DNA of 64,000 nt from Chitinophagales bacterium (GTDB taxonomy: Bacteria; Bacteroidota; Bacteroidia; Chitinophagales; UBA8649). The notes below the pieces were generated by a model that worked only from the letters and a program-made list of their open reading frames with translations, was not told the origin of the DNA and made no database searches. Position 1 is the first letter of the stretch. Each line of letters opens with the position of its first letter. This document shows, in pieces, positions 18,035 through 26,647 of this stretch. The position numbers and the translations under genes were made by a program. Where the stretch lies: contig JBMHCE010000024.1 of assembly GCA_049890075.1 (NCBI GenBank), positions 10,705 through 74,704 on the forward strand, given 5' to 3'.

Positions 18035-19039
18035 ATGAATATAATTATTCCAATGGCTGGCTGGGGATCAAGGCTACGCCCTCACTCCTTAACCGTTCCT
18101 AAGCCCATGATGCCGGTTGCTGGCGATCCTATTGTAGCCGGTCTCTGCAAGTCGCTCATTCAGTTGGCGGGCACGGCAGATTGTTTGCACTTTGTTATTC
18201 GAGAGGATTTTGGAAAAGAGGTAGAAGACAAGCTTCAACAAATTGCGCGAGACTTAGATGCGGAGTGTCGCATTGATTACCAAACCGAGCCGTTAGGTAC
18301 GGCACATGCTATTTTATGCGCATCATCGTCCTTAGAGGGAGAAGTAATCATTGGATTTGCGGACACCTTGTTTGAAGCGACGTTTGACCTAGATCCTACG
18401 GCAGATGCTACAATATGGGTCAAACAAGTAGATGACCCGCGTGCCTTTGGCGTGGTAAACCTCAATGCGTCTAATCGCATTGAGTCCTTTGAGGAAAAAC
18501 CACAAAACCCCAAGTCGGACTTGGCCATAATTGGCGTATACCATTTTAAAGATGCCACTGATATTCGCCGTGAAATGCAATACCTTATTGACCATGATAT
18601 TCGGAGTAAGGGAGAGTATCAACTTACTGATGCGCTCGAGCAGTTGCGCCAAAAAGGCACGGTCTTTGTCCCTGGAGTCGTAAATCAATGGATGGATTGC
18701 GGAAACAAGGCAATAACCGTGAAAAGTAACGCTCAAATGCTGGATATTAAAGCAGCCCAAGGCACCTTAGTTATGCAGGGAAGTGTAACAAATTCAGTGC
18801 TTATTGAGCCGGTCTACATCGAGGAAGGTTGTGTAATTGAAAACAGCGTGGTGGGTCCTCATGTCACCTTAGGGAAAAATACGGTGATTAACAATTCTCT
18901 TGTTGCCAATAGTTTGGTCCAGCATGATACAGAGATTATTAATGCAAGCATAGCAGATTCTATGATTGGATCGAAGTGCTCTGTGCATGGCAAGGCGGTT
19001 GATTTGAGCATAGGAGATTATACAACCATTCAACTGTAA
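18035..19039 (+). CDS. Sugar-phosphate nucleotidyltransferase with C-terminal left-handed beta-helix
   Basis: The NTP-transferase motif (IIPMAGWGSRLRPHSLTVPKPM) is followed by hexapeptide-like repeats (VIENSVVGPHVTLGKNTVINNSLVANSLV). Confidence 0.7.
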   Translation: MNIIIPMAGWGSRLRPHSLTVPKPMMPVAGDPIVAGLCKSLIQLAGTADCLHFVIREDFGKEVEDKLQQIARDLDAECRIDYQTEPLGTAHAILCASSSLEGEVIIGFADTLFEATFDLDPTADATIWVKQVDDPRAFGVVNLNASNRIESFEEKPQNPKSDLAIIGVYHFKDATDIRREMQYLIDHDIRSKGEYQLTDALEQLRQKGTVFVPGVVNQWMDCGNKAITVKSNAQMLDIKAAQGTLVMQGSVTNSVLIEPVYIEEGCVIENSVVGPHVTLGKNTVINNSLVANSLVQHDTEIINASIADSMIGSKCSVHGKAVDLSIGDYTTIQL

Positions 19040-19047
19040 AGAACGCC

Positions 19048-20577
19048 ATGCCAAGAACTCTACTTATCGCATTTTTGATTCTTAGTGCATCATCGAATCC
19101 TTTGTTTGCTCAAAAGAATAAGGGAAAGAGAAAGCAATCCAATAAACAGGAGGTGGTCTCTGAAATGGATAGAGTGTCAGGTGAGCGGGCATTTTTTGAA
19201 GGCATTAAATACCGTGCCGTTGATAATTATGAGGATGCCATCGCATCATTTGAGGCTTCCTTATCCTTTATTCCTACTAACGATGCCGCTCATTATGAGC
19301 TGGCCGTTATTTATTTCAAGGAACTCGACTTTAACCTTGCGGATTATCACTTAACCAAGGCCCTTTCTCTTGCCCCCGACAATACATGGTACATGGCCTT
19401 TTTGGCTGAGATATACGTTGGAAATAATAAGCTACAGGAAGCCGTCAATCTTTTTCAAGTGCTTCATGATAAAGAGCCACTAAAGCGAAGCCACCTAAAC
19501 AATATTGCGATTGTTACATTAATGCAGAGAGATACCTTATCAGCATTAAACATATACCGAGAATACGTTGAGCGCTATGGATTAGATGACGAGGTTTACA
19601 GTGCCTACATTGAAGTACTTAAATCACAGCAGGCTTGGGATGTTATGGAGGCCGTAAGCAAAAGAGGCTTTGTCGAACACGGAGGTAGTCCACAGGCTTT
19701 TCAGGACCATTTAGCCACGCTGATTTACCAGGGCAAGGATGATGCCGTAGAGGCTTGGCTGGAGAAAGGAAAAGAGATAAAAGAACTCGCCCCTGCTGTG
19801 GTGGACTTCTCTGCGAATCGCGCACTCTCTAAGGGTGATGTGACGGGATGGTTGAGTGCTCTAAAGGAGTTAGACGCATTTGAAAATCAAGGGTATGCTT
19901 TTCAAAAAGATCAAATAAATCAGTGGGTGAAGTCCTACAGTTCCTTGACGGATCAGCGTATAGTGGCTTTTGTTGATTCGTTGGTTTTGCGCCATCAAGC
20001 AAGTGATGATTTAAAACATTGGGTCACCCTATACATGCTATATCAACAACATGGTGAATATGAAAAAATGGTTGATGCCCTTACAAGGGGAATTCAAATA
20101 GATAAGGGAGATTTTCGCTTGTGGCAGGAGCTTTTCTATGCCTATTATGACGCAGAGGATTATGAAAGCCTTTTGCGCGCTACGGAGGAATCAACAGCCT
20201 ATTTTTTTGCGCAGCCGCTCATATATTTTATGCAGGGGGTAGCCTTTAGTGAGCTAGGACAGCGCTCGCAAGCGATACGATCGTGGAAGCAAGCATTACC
20301 CCTTGCCTCGTTAAGCCAACCGACGCTTTATATACAAACATTAACAGGACTCTTTGATGTATACGAAGAGGCCTCAGAAACTCAGGAAGCGCTCGACCTG
20401 CTTGATGCCCAAGACGGTATCGATCAGTTTCAGTCCCATAGCGTTGTCGAGTTTTTGGGGGACAACTATGCGCGGTTTGGTAAGACCTCTCAAGCCATTC
20501 TCCTTTATCAGCAGGCCATAAAACTCGGCGGTGACCAAGCTTTGTTACAGCAAAAAATAGACCGAATAAACCCTTAA
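19048..20577 (+). CDS. Tetratricopeptide-repeat protein, secreted
   Basis: A signal peptide (LLIAFLILSASSNPLFAQ) is followed by TPR-like repeats (YEDAIASFEASLSFIPTNDAAHYELAVIYF...). Confidence 0.6.
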   Translation: MPRTLLIAFLILSASSNPLFAQKNKGKRKQSNKQEVVSEMDRVSGERAFFEGIKYRAVDNYEDAIASFEASLSFIPTNDAAHYELAVIYFKELDFNLADYHLTKALSLAPDNTWYMAFLAEIYVGNNKLQEAVNLFQVLHDKEPLKRSHLNNIAIVTLMQRDTLSALNIYREYVERYGLDDEVYSAYIEVLKSQQAWDVMEAVSKRGFVEHGGSPQAFQDHLATLIYQGKDDAVEAWLEKGKEIKELAPAVVDFSANRALSKGDVTGWLSALKELDAFENQGYAFQKDQINQWVKSYSSLTDQRIVAFVDSLVLRHQASDDLKHWVTLYMLYQQHGEYEKMVDALTRGIQIDKGDFRLWQELFYAYYDAEDYESLLRATEESTAYFFAQPLIYFMQGVAFSELGQRSQAIRSWKQALPLASLSQPTLYIQTLTGLFDVYEEASETQEALDLLDAQDGIDQFQSHSVVEFLGDNYARFGKTSQAILLYQQAIKLGGDQALLQQKIDRINP

Positions 20578-21296
20578 TGCGCATAGTGAGTCCATATCGT
20601 GTGCTATTTCTTTTGTTGTGCACAGTCTTATTACTGTCTCAATGCAACGTTTTCCGGCAGGGTCGGGTAGATGCCTCTATGGAGGGCGATTGGCTAGAAG
20701 GCCTAGATACCTTGGAAATGGTAACAGCTGCATCCATCCTCTATAACAATCAATCACAACGATTTAAGGCAAAATTTAGAACGAATGGAGGAGAGAAGGT
20801 GTGGGGGCAGTTTACCAAGTTTGGTTTTGAAGGCGCCAGGGTGCTGTTCTCTAGGGATTCAGTTCAGGCCATTAACCGTTTAGATCGAACGTATTATGTA
20901 GGCGCAATTGCTGGGCTAGATGCTTTAGGGCTTCCGGCGATTAGCGATTATGATTTAATGATATCCTGGCTTTTTGGCTTGGTTTTACAACCGGAAGATT
21001 TTAGACAGAAAGATTCTCTCTGGCTGTCGCCGGAAGGCTTGTCTGTTCAACTTATTGCATCGGATTCTCTTGGCATTCGGCATCTCATGGTCTATGAACC
21101 TTCTCTTAATCAGTGGGCATCCCTTCAATGGATGAATATCAAAGAAATCGAAGGATTGCTCTGGGCTGATACGCGTAGCCTGGCCATCGAAGCAGAAGGC
21201 TTGGAATTGACTCTATCCACAAACAGCTTAGATAAGAAAGGACCCTATGACCTTCCTTTTGAAGTACCTTCATCCTATGAAGTTATTCAACCATAG
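20577..21296 (+). CDS. Lipoprotein, DUF4292 (LolB-like) family candidate
   Basis: It has a lipobox (LLLSQC). Its position between a TPR protein and an M23 peptidase matches a neighbourhood I recall as conserved in Flavobacteriia. The sequence-level assignment is tentative. Confidence 0.45.
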   Translation: MRIVSPYRVLFLLLCTVLLLSQCNVFRQGRVDASMEGDWLEGLDTLEMVTAASILYNNQSQRFKAKFRTNGGEKVWGQFTKFGFEGARVLFSRDSVQAINRLDRTYYVGAIAGLDALGLPAISDYDLMISWLFGLVLQPEDFRQKDSLWLSPEGLSVQLIASDSLGIRHLMVYEPSLNQWASLQWMNIKEIEGLLWADTRSLAIEAEGLELTLSTNSLDKKGPYDLPFEVPSSYEVIQP

Positions 21297-22500
21297 CCTA
21301 GTTTTTAGCTTTTTGCTTCTCGCAGTCAGCTTATTGTGGGTGGCTGGTTGGGTTTATGCTCAAGAACCTGAGACGTCTACCTCCATCGTCAATGCACAGG
21401 ATAAATTGCGCAATGATTTGTTGAGTTTAGAGGAAGAAATCAAACGCCTTCAGGGCCAACAGCAGGTAACTATTGATCAGTTAAGGCTTCTCAATACCCA
21501 ACGGCAAGTCCAAGATTCTTTGGTGGGTTTACTACAGGAGGATAGCTTACAATTAGCTTTTAGTTTGGATTCATTGCAACGAGAGGAAATTAAAACGCAT
21601 AACGAATATGAACGCTTAAAGGGGAATTGTGCAGATGCTGTTCGCATGGCCTACCGTTATCGTGTATCCCAAACAAGGTCGATGTATGTGTTATCGTCGA
21701 CTTCTTTTGAAGACGTCTTTCAGCGCTATCGGTTTATGGGAAACTTGTCTCGGGTGTTGAATTATAAAATGCGAGCATTACAAGAAATTCAGGACTACTT
21801 GGCTGCGGTTCGCATCAAGGTTCGTGGACAAATTGAGGCTCTTGAGGTCAAACAAGTCGAACTCCGTGCTGAACAGCGTACTCTAAAGGCATCAGAAGAT
21901 GCCTACAATGCCACCTTGTTATCCTTGGAAAATGACATGGCTCGACAGCAGCAGATTAAATCAGAGATACAGGCTAGAATAACAGCACTAGACCTTCGGC
22001 TCAAAGAAATTTTGGAAGAAGAAGCACGTCTAGAACGTGAAAGGAAAGCAAGATTAAGTGCGCCTGATCCTGTAGACGTAGAATTGGCAAATTCTTTTGC
22101 TGCGAACAAAGGACGCTTTCCGTGGCCGGTAAACTCAGGACGAATTGTTGCTCGGTTTGGTCAAGTAAGCCATCCTGATGTCCCTACGCTACTTATTCAA
22201 AATAATGGAATAGATATAGAAACTAGTGCTAATTCTGAGGTACGCGTCTTGTATAATGGCAAGGTTTCCCGAGTATTTGAAATGACAAATGTTCATTGGA
22301 CAGTCATCGTACAACATGGTCCTTATTACACAGTCTACAGCAATTTATCAAGGCCCTTGGTTACAAGGGGCCAAGAACTTTCTTCTGGTCAGGTAATAGG
22401 AACGGTCTACAGTGAAGGGATGGGGGCCCTGTCGCCGAGGATGCACTTAGAGATATGGAAGAATAATGTCAAGCTAAATCCGGAAGCATGGATACGGTAA
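21277..22500 (+). CDS. M23 family metallopeptidase / murein hydrolase activator (EnvC-like)
   Basis: A signal peptide and a long coiled-coil precede a C-terminal M23 domain (NNGIDIET..., VIVQHGPYYTVYSNL, HLEIW). The start is set at ATG 21277. Confidence 0.8.
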   Translation: MKLFNHSLVFSFLLLAVSLLWVAGWVYAQEPETSTSIVNAQDKLRNDLLSLEEEIKRLQGQQQVTIDQLRLLNTQRQVQDSLVGLLQEDSLQLAFSLDSLQREEIKTHNEYERLKGNCADAVRMAYRYRVSQTRSMYVLSSTSFEDVFQRYRFMGNLSRVLNYKMRALQEIQDYLAAVRIKVRGQIEALEVKQVELRAEQRTLKASEDAYNATLLSLENDMARQQQIKSEIQARITALDLRLKEILEEEARLERERKARLSAPDPVDVELANSFAANKGRFPWPVNSGRIVARFGQVSHPDVPTLLIQNNGIDIETSANSEVRVLYNGKVSRVFEMTNVHWTVIVQHGPYYTVYSNLSRPLVTRGQELSSGQVIGTVYSEGMGALSPRMHLEIWKNNVKLNPEAWIR

Positions 22501-23561
22501 ACCCACTAGCAAACAATACGCCATTGCAAAAGATAAATATTCGCACTATGGCTCGCGAAGACCTAGCTCAATGGCTTGAGCAAAACAACGAGCCATCGTT
22601 TCGAGCCAAGCAGATTTTTGAATGGCTTTGGGTTAAAGGGGCAGATCATTTTGATATGATGTCCAATCTTCCTCAAAGCCTAAGGGTTAGGCTTTCAGAG
22701 GCTTTTGTTTTTCACATTGCAGCAGTAGATATTGTCCAAAAAAGTCAAGATGGCACGATAAAAGTGGGCTTTGCTCTCCACGATGGTCGCACAGTTGAAG
22801 GAGTTATCATTCCCACAAGTAAAAGGATTACAGCTTGCATTTCATCTCAAGTTGGTTGCTCTCTTCATTGCTCGTTTTGTGCTACAGGACAACTTAAGCG
22901 AGATCGCAATTTGGCCTTTTCTGAAATTGTAGACCAAGTTCGGGGGTTGAATACGCTGGCACTCAATCAATTTGGAAGAGGTCTTACAAACATTGTGTTT
23001 ATGGGCATGGGGGAACCTTTGCTCAATTTAGACGAAGTGTTTCGAGCTACGGAAATACTTACAGCTGAAGAAGCCATGAATATGGCTTCAAGGCGTATAA
23101 CGCTTTCTACAGTGGGTATTGCACGTGGTATTCGGAAACTAGCAGAACGCGGCAGCAAGTTTAATCTGGCATGGTCTCTTCATGCACCGACTAATGCCAA
23201 ACGGGCTCAAATCATGGATATTAATAAGAGCAACCCCATCGAAGAAGTTGTAGATGCTGTTAAGGAGTTTTATGCCCACACTAAACGAAAAATAACGTTG
23301 GAATATATTCTCTTTCAAAAGTTCAACGACACAGAAGAGGATGCGAGAAACCTTGTGAAGATTGCCAAGGAGTTTCCCTGCTTTATCAATCTTATCGAGT
23401 ATAATTCAGTGGAGGGAGTGTCCTTACATCGTTCAACGCCAACTCGATCCCGTCGGTTTTTAGAGATATTGACCGATAATGGACTAGAAGCACATATCCG
23501 AAGAAGTCGAGGTCATGATATTGATGCCGCCTGCGGTCAGTTGGCGGGGAAGCAACAATGA
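22488..23561 (+). CDS. rlmN: 23S rRNA (adenine2503-C2)-methyltransferase, radical SAM
   Basis: The N-terminal FRAKQIFEWLW, the radical-SAM cluster CSLHCSFCATG and GMGEPLLN are present. Confidence 0.9.
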   Translation: MDTVNPLANNTPLQKINIRTMAREDLAQWLEQNNEPSFRAKQIFEWLWVKGADHFDMMSNLPQSLRVRLSEAFVFHIAAVDIVQKSQDGTIKVGFALHDGRTVEGVIIPTSKRITACISSQVGCSLHCSFCATGQLKRDRNLAFSEIVDQVRGLNTLALNQFGRGLTNIVFMGMGEPLLNLDEVFRATEILTAEEAMNMASRRITLSTVGIARGIRKLAERGSKFNLAWSLHAPTNAKRAQIMDINKSNPIEEVVDAVKEFYAHTKRKITLEYILFQKFNDTEEDARNLVKIAKEFPCFINLIEYNSVEGVSLHRSTPTRSRRFLEILTDNGLEAHIRRSRGHDIDAACGQLAGKQQ

Positions 23562-23618
23562 TCGAAATAGGTTGTTACCCTAGCTGTGAGTAGTGTCTCT
23601 TTCCAACATACAAACCGA

Positions 23619-24737
23619 ATGACTAAGGTTTTCTCTGTCCAAGAATTTCAGTCCAATCACCAGGATGTCGTTTGCGATAAACTTCCTTTTCAAGAAATAG
23701 ATTACCTCGTTCATTTGACGAATAGTAATCCGGAGATTGAGCACTTTGTCTGTGCGGTGTATGATGGCAACAACTTGGTGGCAAGGGCGTATCTCCAACG
23801 AATGCCCTTTAGTGGTAAGCGCCTGGATACTTTTCGTCCTAGTGGATGGTTGTCACAAAAAGTGTATGACCTAGTTGTCCGCCCGATACAATGGAAAGTA
23901 TTGTCGCTTGGTAGCATCTTTACTACAGGTGATAATGGCTTAGTTTTTTCCAATGAGTTAGATCAAGAAACTAAAGAAGCGGTTTATAGAGACCTTCTTA
24001 GCCAATTGCAAAATGGCTTTATACCTTATGACGGCTTACTGATAAAAGATATTTATACAGAGGAAGATTCATGGATGGTTGAATGCTTGAGAGACCTTGG
24101 ATTTTTTATGACACCATCAGAGCCTGATATGGTTTTAGAGGATGTTTCACGTTTTTCAACTGTAGAAGATTATGCCGCTGCGTTTCGCGCCAAGTATCGA
24201 ACAAAGTTCAATCAGGTAACTGAGCGAAGCAAAGCACTGCAGGTCGAGGACTATGACAATTGGCATTCTGCGCCTACAGAAGCGATGTATCCGCTGTACG
24301 TCAATATCATGTCTGCCGTAGATTTCTATATTCAGCTGATGTCTCCAAGGTATTTTCAAATGGATCGAGGTGTTTCTTCAAGCCTTCCTAAATTGAGAAC
24401 CTACTCCGTCGACAATGAAGTGATAGCATGGATTTCTTGGTTTGAAGATGCCAACCGGATTCATGCTCACTTGATTGGATTAAATCACAAAAAAGCTGGA
24501 AGACACAGGGCGTATCATAGAATCTTGTACGATTTAGCAGCGCTGGGCATAGAGCGAAAAAAAGAAAGGGTTTGTTATGGGAGAACATCTCAAGAGGCAA
24601 AATCTAATGTCGGTGCTCAACCAAACGCCATGGCATCTGCTGTTTATCATCGTCGAAAGTCCATGCGATATCTGATGAAATCCTTTACGCAATCTGTAGA
24701 TTTGAAGACATCAAATCCGAGGCAGGCATTTCGATAA
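23619..24737 (+). CDS. Hypothetical protein, possible FemAB/GNAT-fold acyltransferase
   Basis: The size (~370 aa) and predicted alpha/beta layout resemble BioF2-like/FemAB-type GNAT proteins, but I cannot identify diagnostic motifs by eye. The start is ATG 23619 or GTG 23586. Confidence 0.35.
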   Translation: MTKVFSVQEFQSNHQDVVCDKLPFQEIDYLVHLTNSNPEIEHFVCAVYDGNNLVARAYLQRMPFSGKRLDTFRPSGWLSQKVYDLVVRPIQWKVLSLGSIFTTGDNGLVFSNELDQETKEAVYRDLLSQLQNGFIPYDGLLIKDIYTEEDSWMVECLRDLGFFMTPSEPDMVLEDVSRFSTVEDYAAAFRAKYRTKFNQVTERSKALQVEDYDNWHSAPTEAMYPLYVNIMSAVDFYIQLMSPRYFQMDRGVSSSLPKLRTYSVDNEVIAWISWFEDANRIHAHLIGLNHKKAGRHRAYHRILYDLAALGIERKKERVCYGRTSQEAKSNVGAQPNAMASAVYHRRKSMRYLMKSFTQSVDLKTSNPRQAFR

Positions 24738-24767
24738 ATCTTTTTTAATATTGAGGAAATTTTGGTT

Positions 24768-25883
24768 ATGAATATTGGGGTACCTAAAGAGATAAAAAAC
24801 AACGAAAACCGGGTGGCAGTTACCCCAGGTGGCGTGTTGGAATTAGTAAAGAGGGGCCATGCCGTGCGCGTGCAAACTCAGGCTGGAATAGGCAGTGGAT
24901 TTAGCGATCAAGACTATGTGGATGCTGGAGCATCTATTGCCCCTACAATTGAAAGTGTCTATGCAGAGGCAGAGATGATTGTTAAGGTAAAAGAACCCAT
25001 TGAAGCGGAATATGGTCTTTTACGCGAAGACCAACTCATTTTTACCTACTTCCATTTTGCGTCAAGTGAACCGTTGACGCACGCTTGTATCAAATCAAAA
25101 GCGGTTTGCCTAGCCTATGAAACGGTAGAAAGTGATCAGGGGGCGCTACCACTCCTTATTCCGATGAGTGAGGTGGCGGGTAGAATGTCTATTCAGCAAG
25201 GAGCAAAATACTTGGAAAAACCCATTCAAGGAAAAGGCGTATTGTTAGGCGGTGTACCGGGTGTTGAGCCAGGTAGAGTGTTGATTCTCGGAGGAGGAAT
25301 CGTAGGTACTCAGGCTGCGCAAATGGCAGCTGGATTGGGTGCTATGGTAACCATTTTAGATGTAAATCTCGACCGCTTGCGCTACCTCAATGATGTAATG
25401 CCGGCAAATGTCGTTACTCGTTTTTCTACGGAAATGACTATTCGAGAGTTGATTCCGCAAATGGATCTAATTGTGGGTGCTGTGCTGATTCCTGGAGCAA
25501 AGGCTCCAAGTCTTATAACAAGGGATATGCTCTCTATGATGCATAAGGGGACTGTCCTAGTAGATGTTGCTGTCGACCAAGGCGGTTGTATAGAAACTTG
25601 TAAGCCTACGACGCACGAGGATCCCACCTACATAATTGATGATATTGTTCATTATTGCGTGGCAAACATGCCGGGGGCTGTTCCTTACACCTCAACGATT
25701 GCATTGACTAATGCAACACTACCCTATGTTATTGAATTAGCAAATAGTGGTTGGAAAGAGGCGTGCTCCAAGCGTAAAGACTTATTAAAAGGTCTCAATG
25801 TTGTGCAAGGAAAGGTGGTGTATGAAGGGGTAGCAGAAGCTTTTGATCTTCCTTATGTTCCGGTAGAAGACCTTTTTAACTAA
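24768..25883 (+). CDS. ald: Alanine dehydrogenase
   Basis: The N-terminus MNIGVPKEIKNNENRVAVTPGG, the Rossmann motif VLILGGGIVGTQAAQMA and VDVAVDQGG are present. Confidence 0.9.
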   Translation: MNIGVPKEIKNNENRVAVTPGGVLELVKRGHAVRVQTQAGIGSGFSDQDYVDAGASIAPTIESVYAEAEMIVKVKEPIEAEYGLLREDQLIFTYFHFASSEPLTHACIKSKAVCLAYETVESDQGALPLLIPMSEVAGRMSIQQGAKYLEKPIQGKGVLLGGVPGVEPGRVLILGGGIVGTQAAQMAAGLGAMVTILDVNLDRLRYLNDVMPANVVTRFSTEMTIRELIPQMDLIVGAVLIPGAKAPSLITRDMLSMMHKGTVLVDVAVDQGGCIETCKPTTHEDPTYIIDDIVHYCVANMPGAVPYTSTIALTNATLPYVIELANSGWKEACSKRKDLLKGLNVVQGKVVYEGVAEAFDLPYVPVEDLFN

Positions 25884-25892
25884 GGTCTTCTA
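25864..25892. terminator. Perfect 11-bp stem / 7-nt loop hairpin spanning the ald stop codon, between convergent ald and rnpA
   Basis: tagaagacctt (25864-25874) is the exact reverse complement of aaggtcttcta (25882-25892). There is no flanking U-tract on either strand. Confidence 0.4.
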
Positions 25893-25902
25893 GATATAAC
25901 CT

Positions 25903-26331
25903 TTACGCTTCTATCGCATCGCGACCACTGTCCTTTATGGAATCGTTTACTTCTCTGAAAAGCGGTTCAAGGGAATGGCAAGCTGCGTCTAGTGACGGGC
26001 TTTGTACGTTGTAATCTCCATATTTTACAATAATGGCAGCCTTGGGTAGTGTGTCGTACTGGCATAACAGGCTTTCGCTAGCTTGTCTTAAGACACGTTT
26101 AATTCGATTCCGATTGTGGGCTTTAGCGTAAAACCGCTTGGGAACACTGAAGCCGATTTTAAATACTGAATGGGGAATAAAGATGATCGTGTAGGGTCCC
26201 TTTCTTTTACGGGCACCTTGGGATAGAAGCTTTCCCCATAACAGGGAGCTTTTCAGACTATATCGTCTACTTAAGACGCTTTTCGTCGGAAACGGTGAGT
26301 TTCTTTCTTCCTTTGGCACGACGTGAGGCAA
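25903..26331 (-). CDS. rnpA: Ribonuclease P protein component
   Basis: The RnpA core is present ([24 protein letters not shown]) and the gene lies directly downstream of rpmH. The start is uncertain: ATG 26331 or GTG 26319, both inside rpmH, or less likely CTG 26256. Confidence 0.7.
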   Translation of the reverse strand: MPHVVPKEERNSPFPTKSVLSRRYSLKSSLLWGKLLSQGARKRKGPYTIIFIPHSVFKIGFSVPKRFYAKAHNRNRIKRVLRQASESLLCQYDTLPKAAIIVKYGDYNVQSPSLDAACHSLEPLFREVNDSIKDSGRDAIEA

Positions 26332-26422
26332 TAACTTTTCGACCTCCTTTACTTAGCATACGCTCGCGGAAACCGTGTTTGTTTTTACGTTTTCTTCTTG
26401 AAGGCTGAAATGTTCTTTTCAT
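26267..26422 (-). CDS. rpmH: 50S ribosomal protein L34
   Basis: Hand translation gives [51 protein letters not shown], the canonical L34 sequence. It is below the 60-aa cut-off of the ORF track. Confidence 0.9.
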   Translation of the reverse strand: MKRTFQPSRRKRKNKHGFRERMLSKGGRKVIASRRAKGRKKLTVSDEKRLK

Positions 26423-26647
26423 GATGAATGATTAATATTCCCTTTTTATGGGTAGGCGAAGGTACAATAATCTATTGAAACAAACAATATATACCCCTTT
26501 TCTTCAGATAACTTTGATACTTTCTTCCGAAGGTGTTCGTTTTTTCTTCGCTAGAGTCTATAACTACTCAACACATAAACACACAAAACCTTTGTAGGTT
26601 CCCATAGACATCAATCCAATCTTTGTTGAGATGGAGGGGAGCTAATC

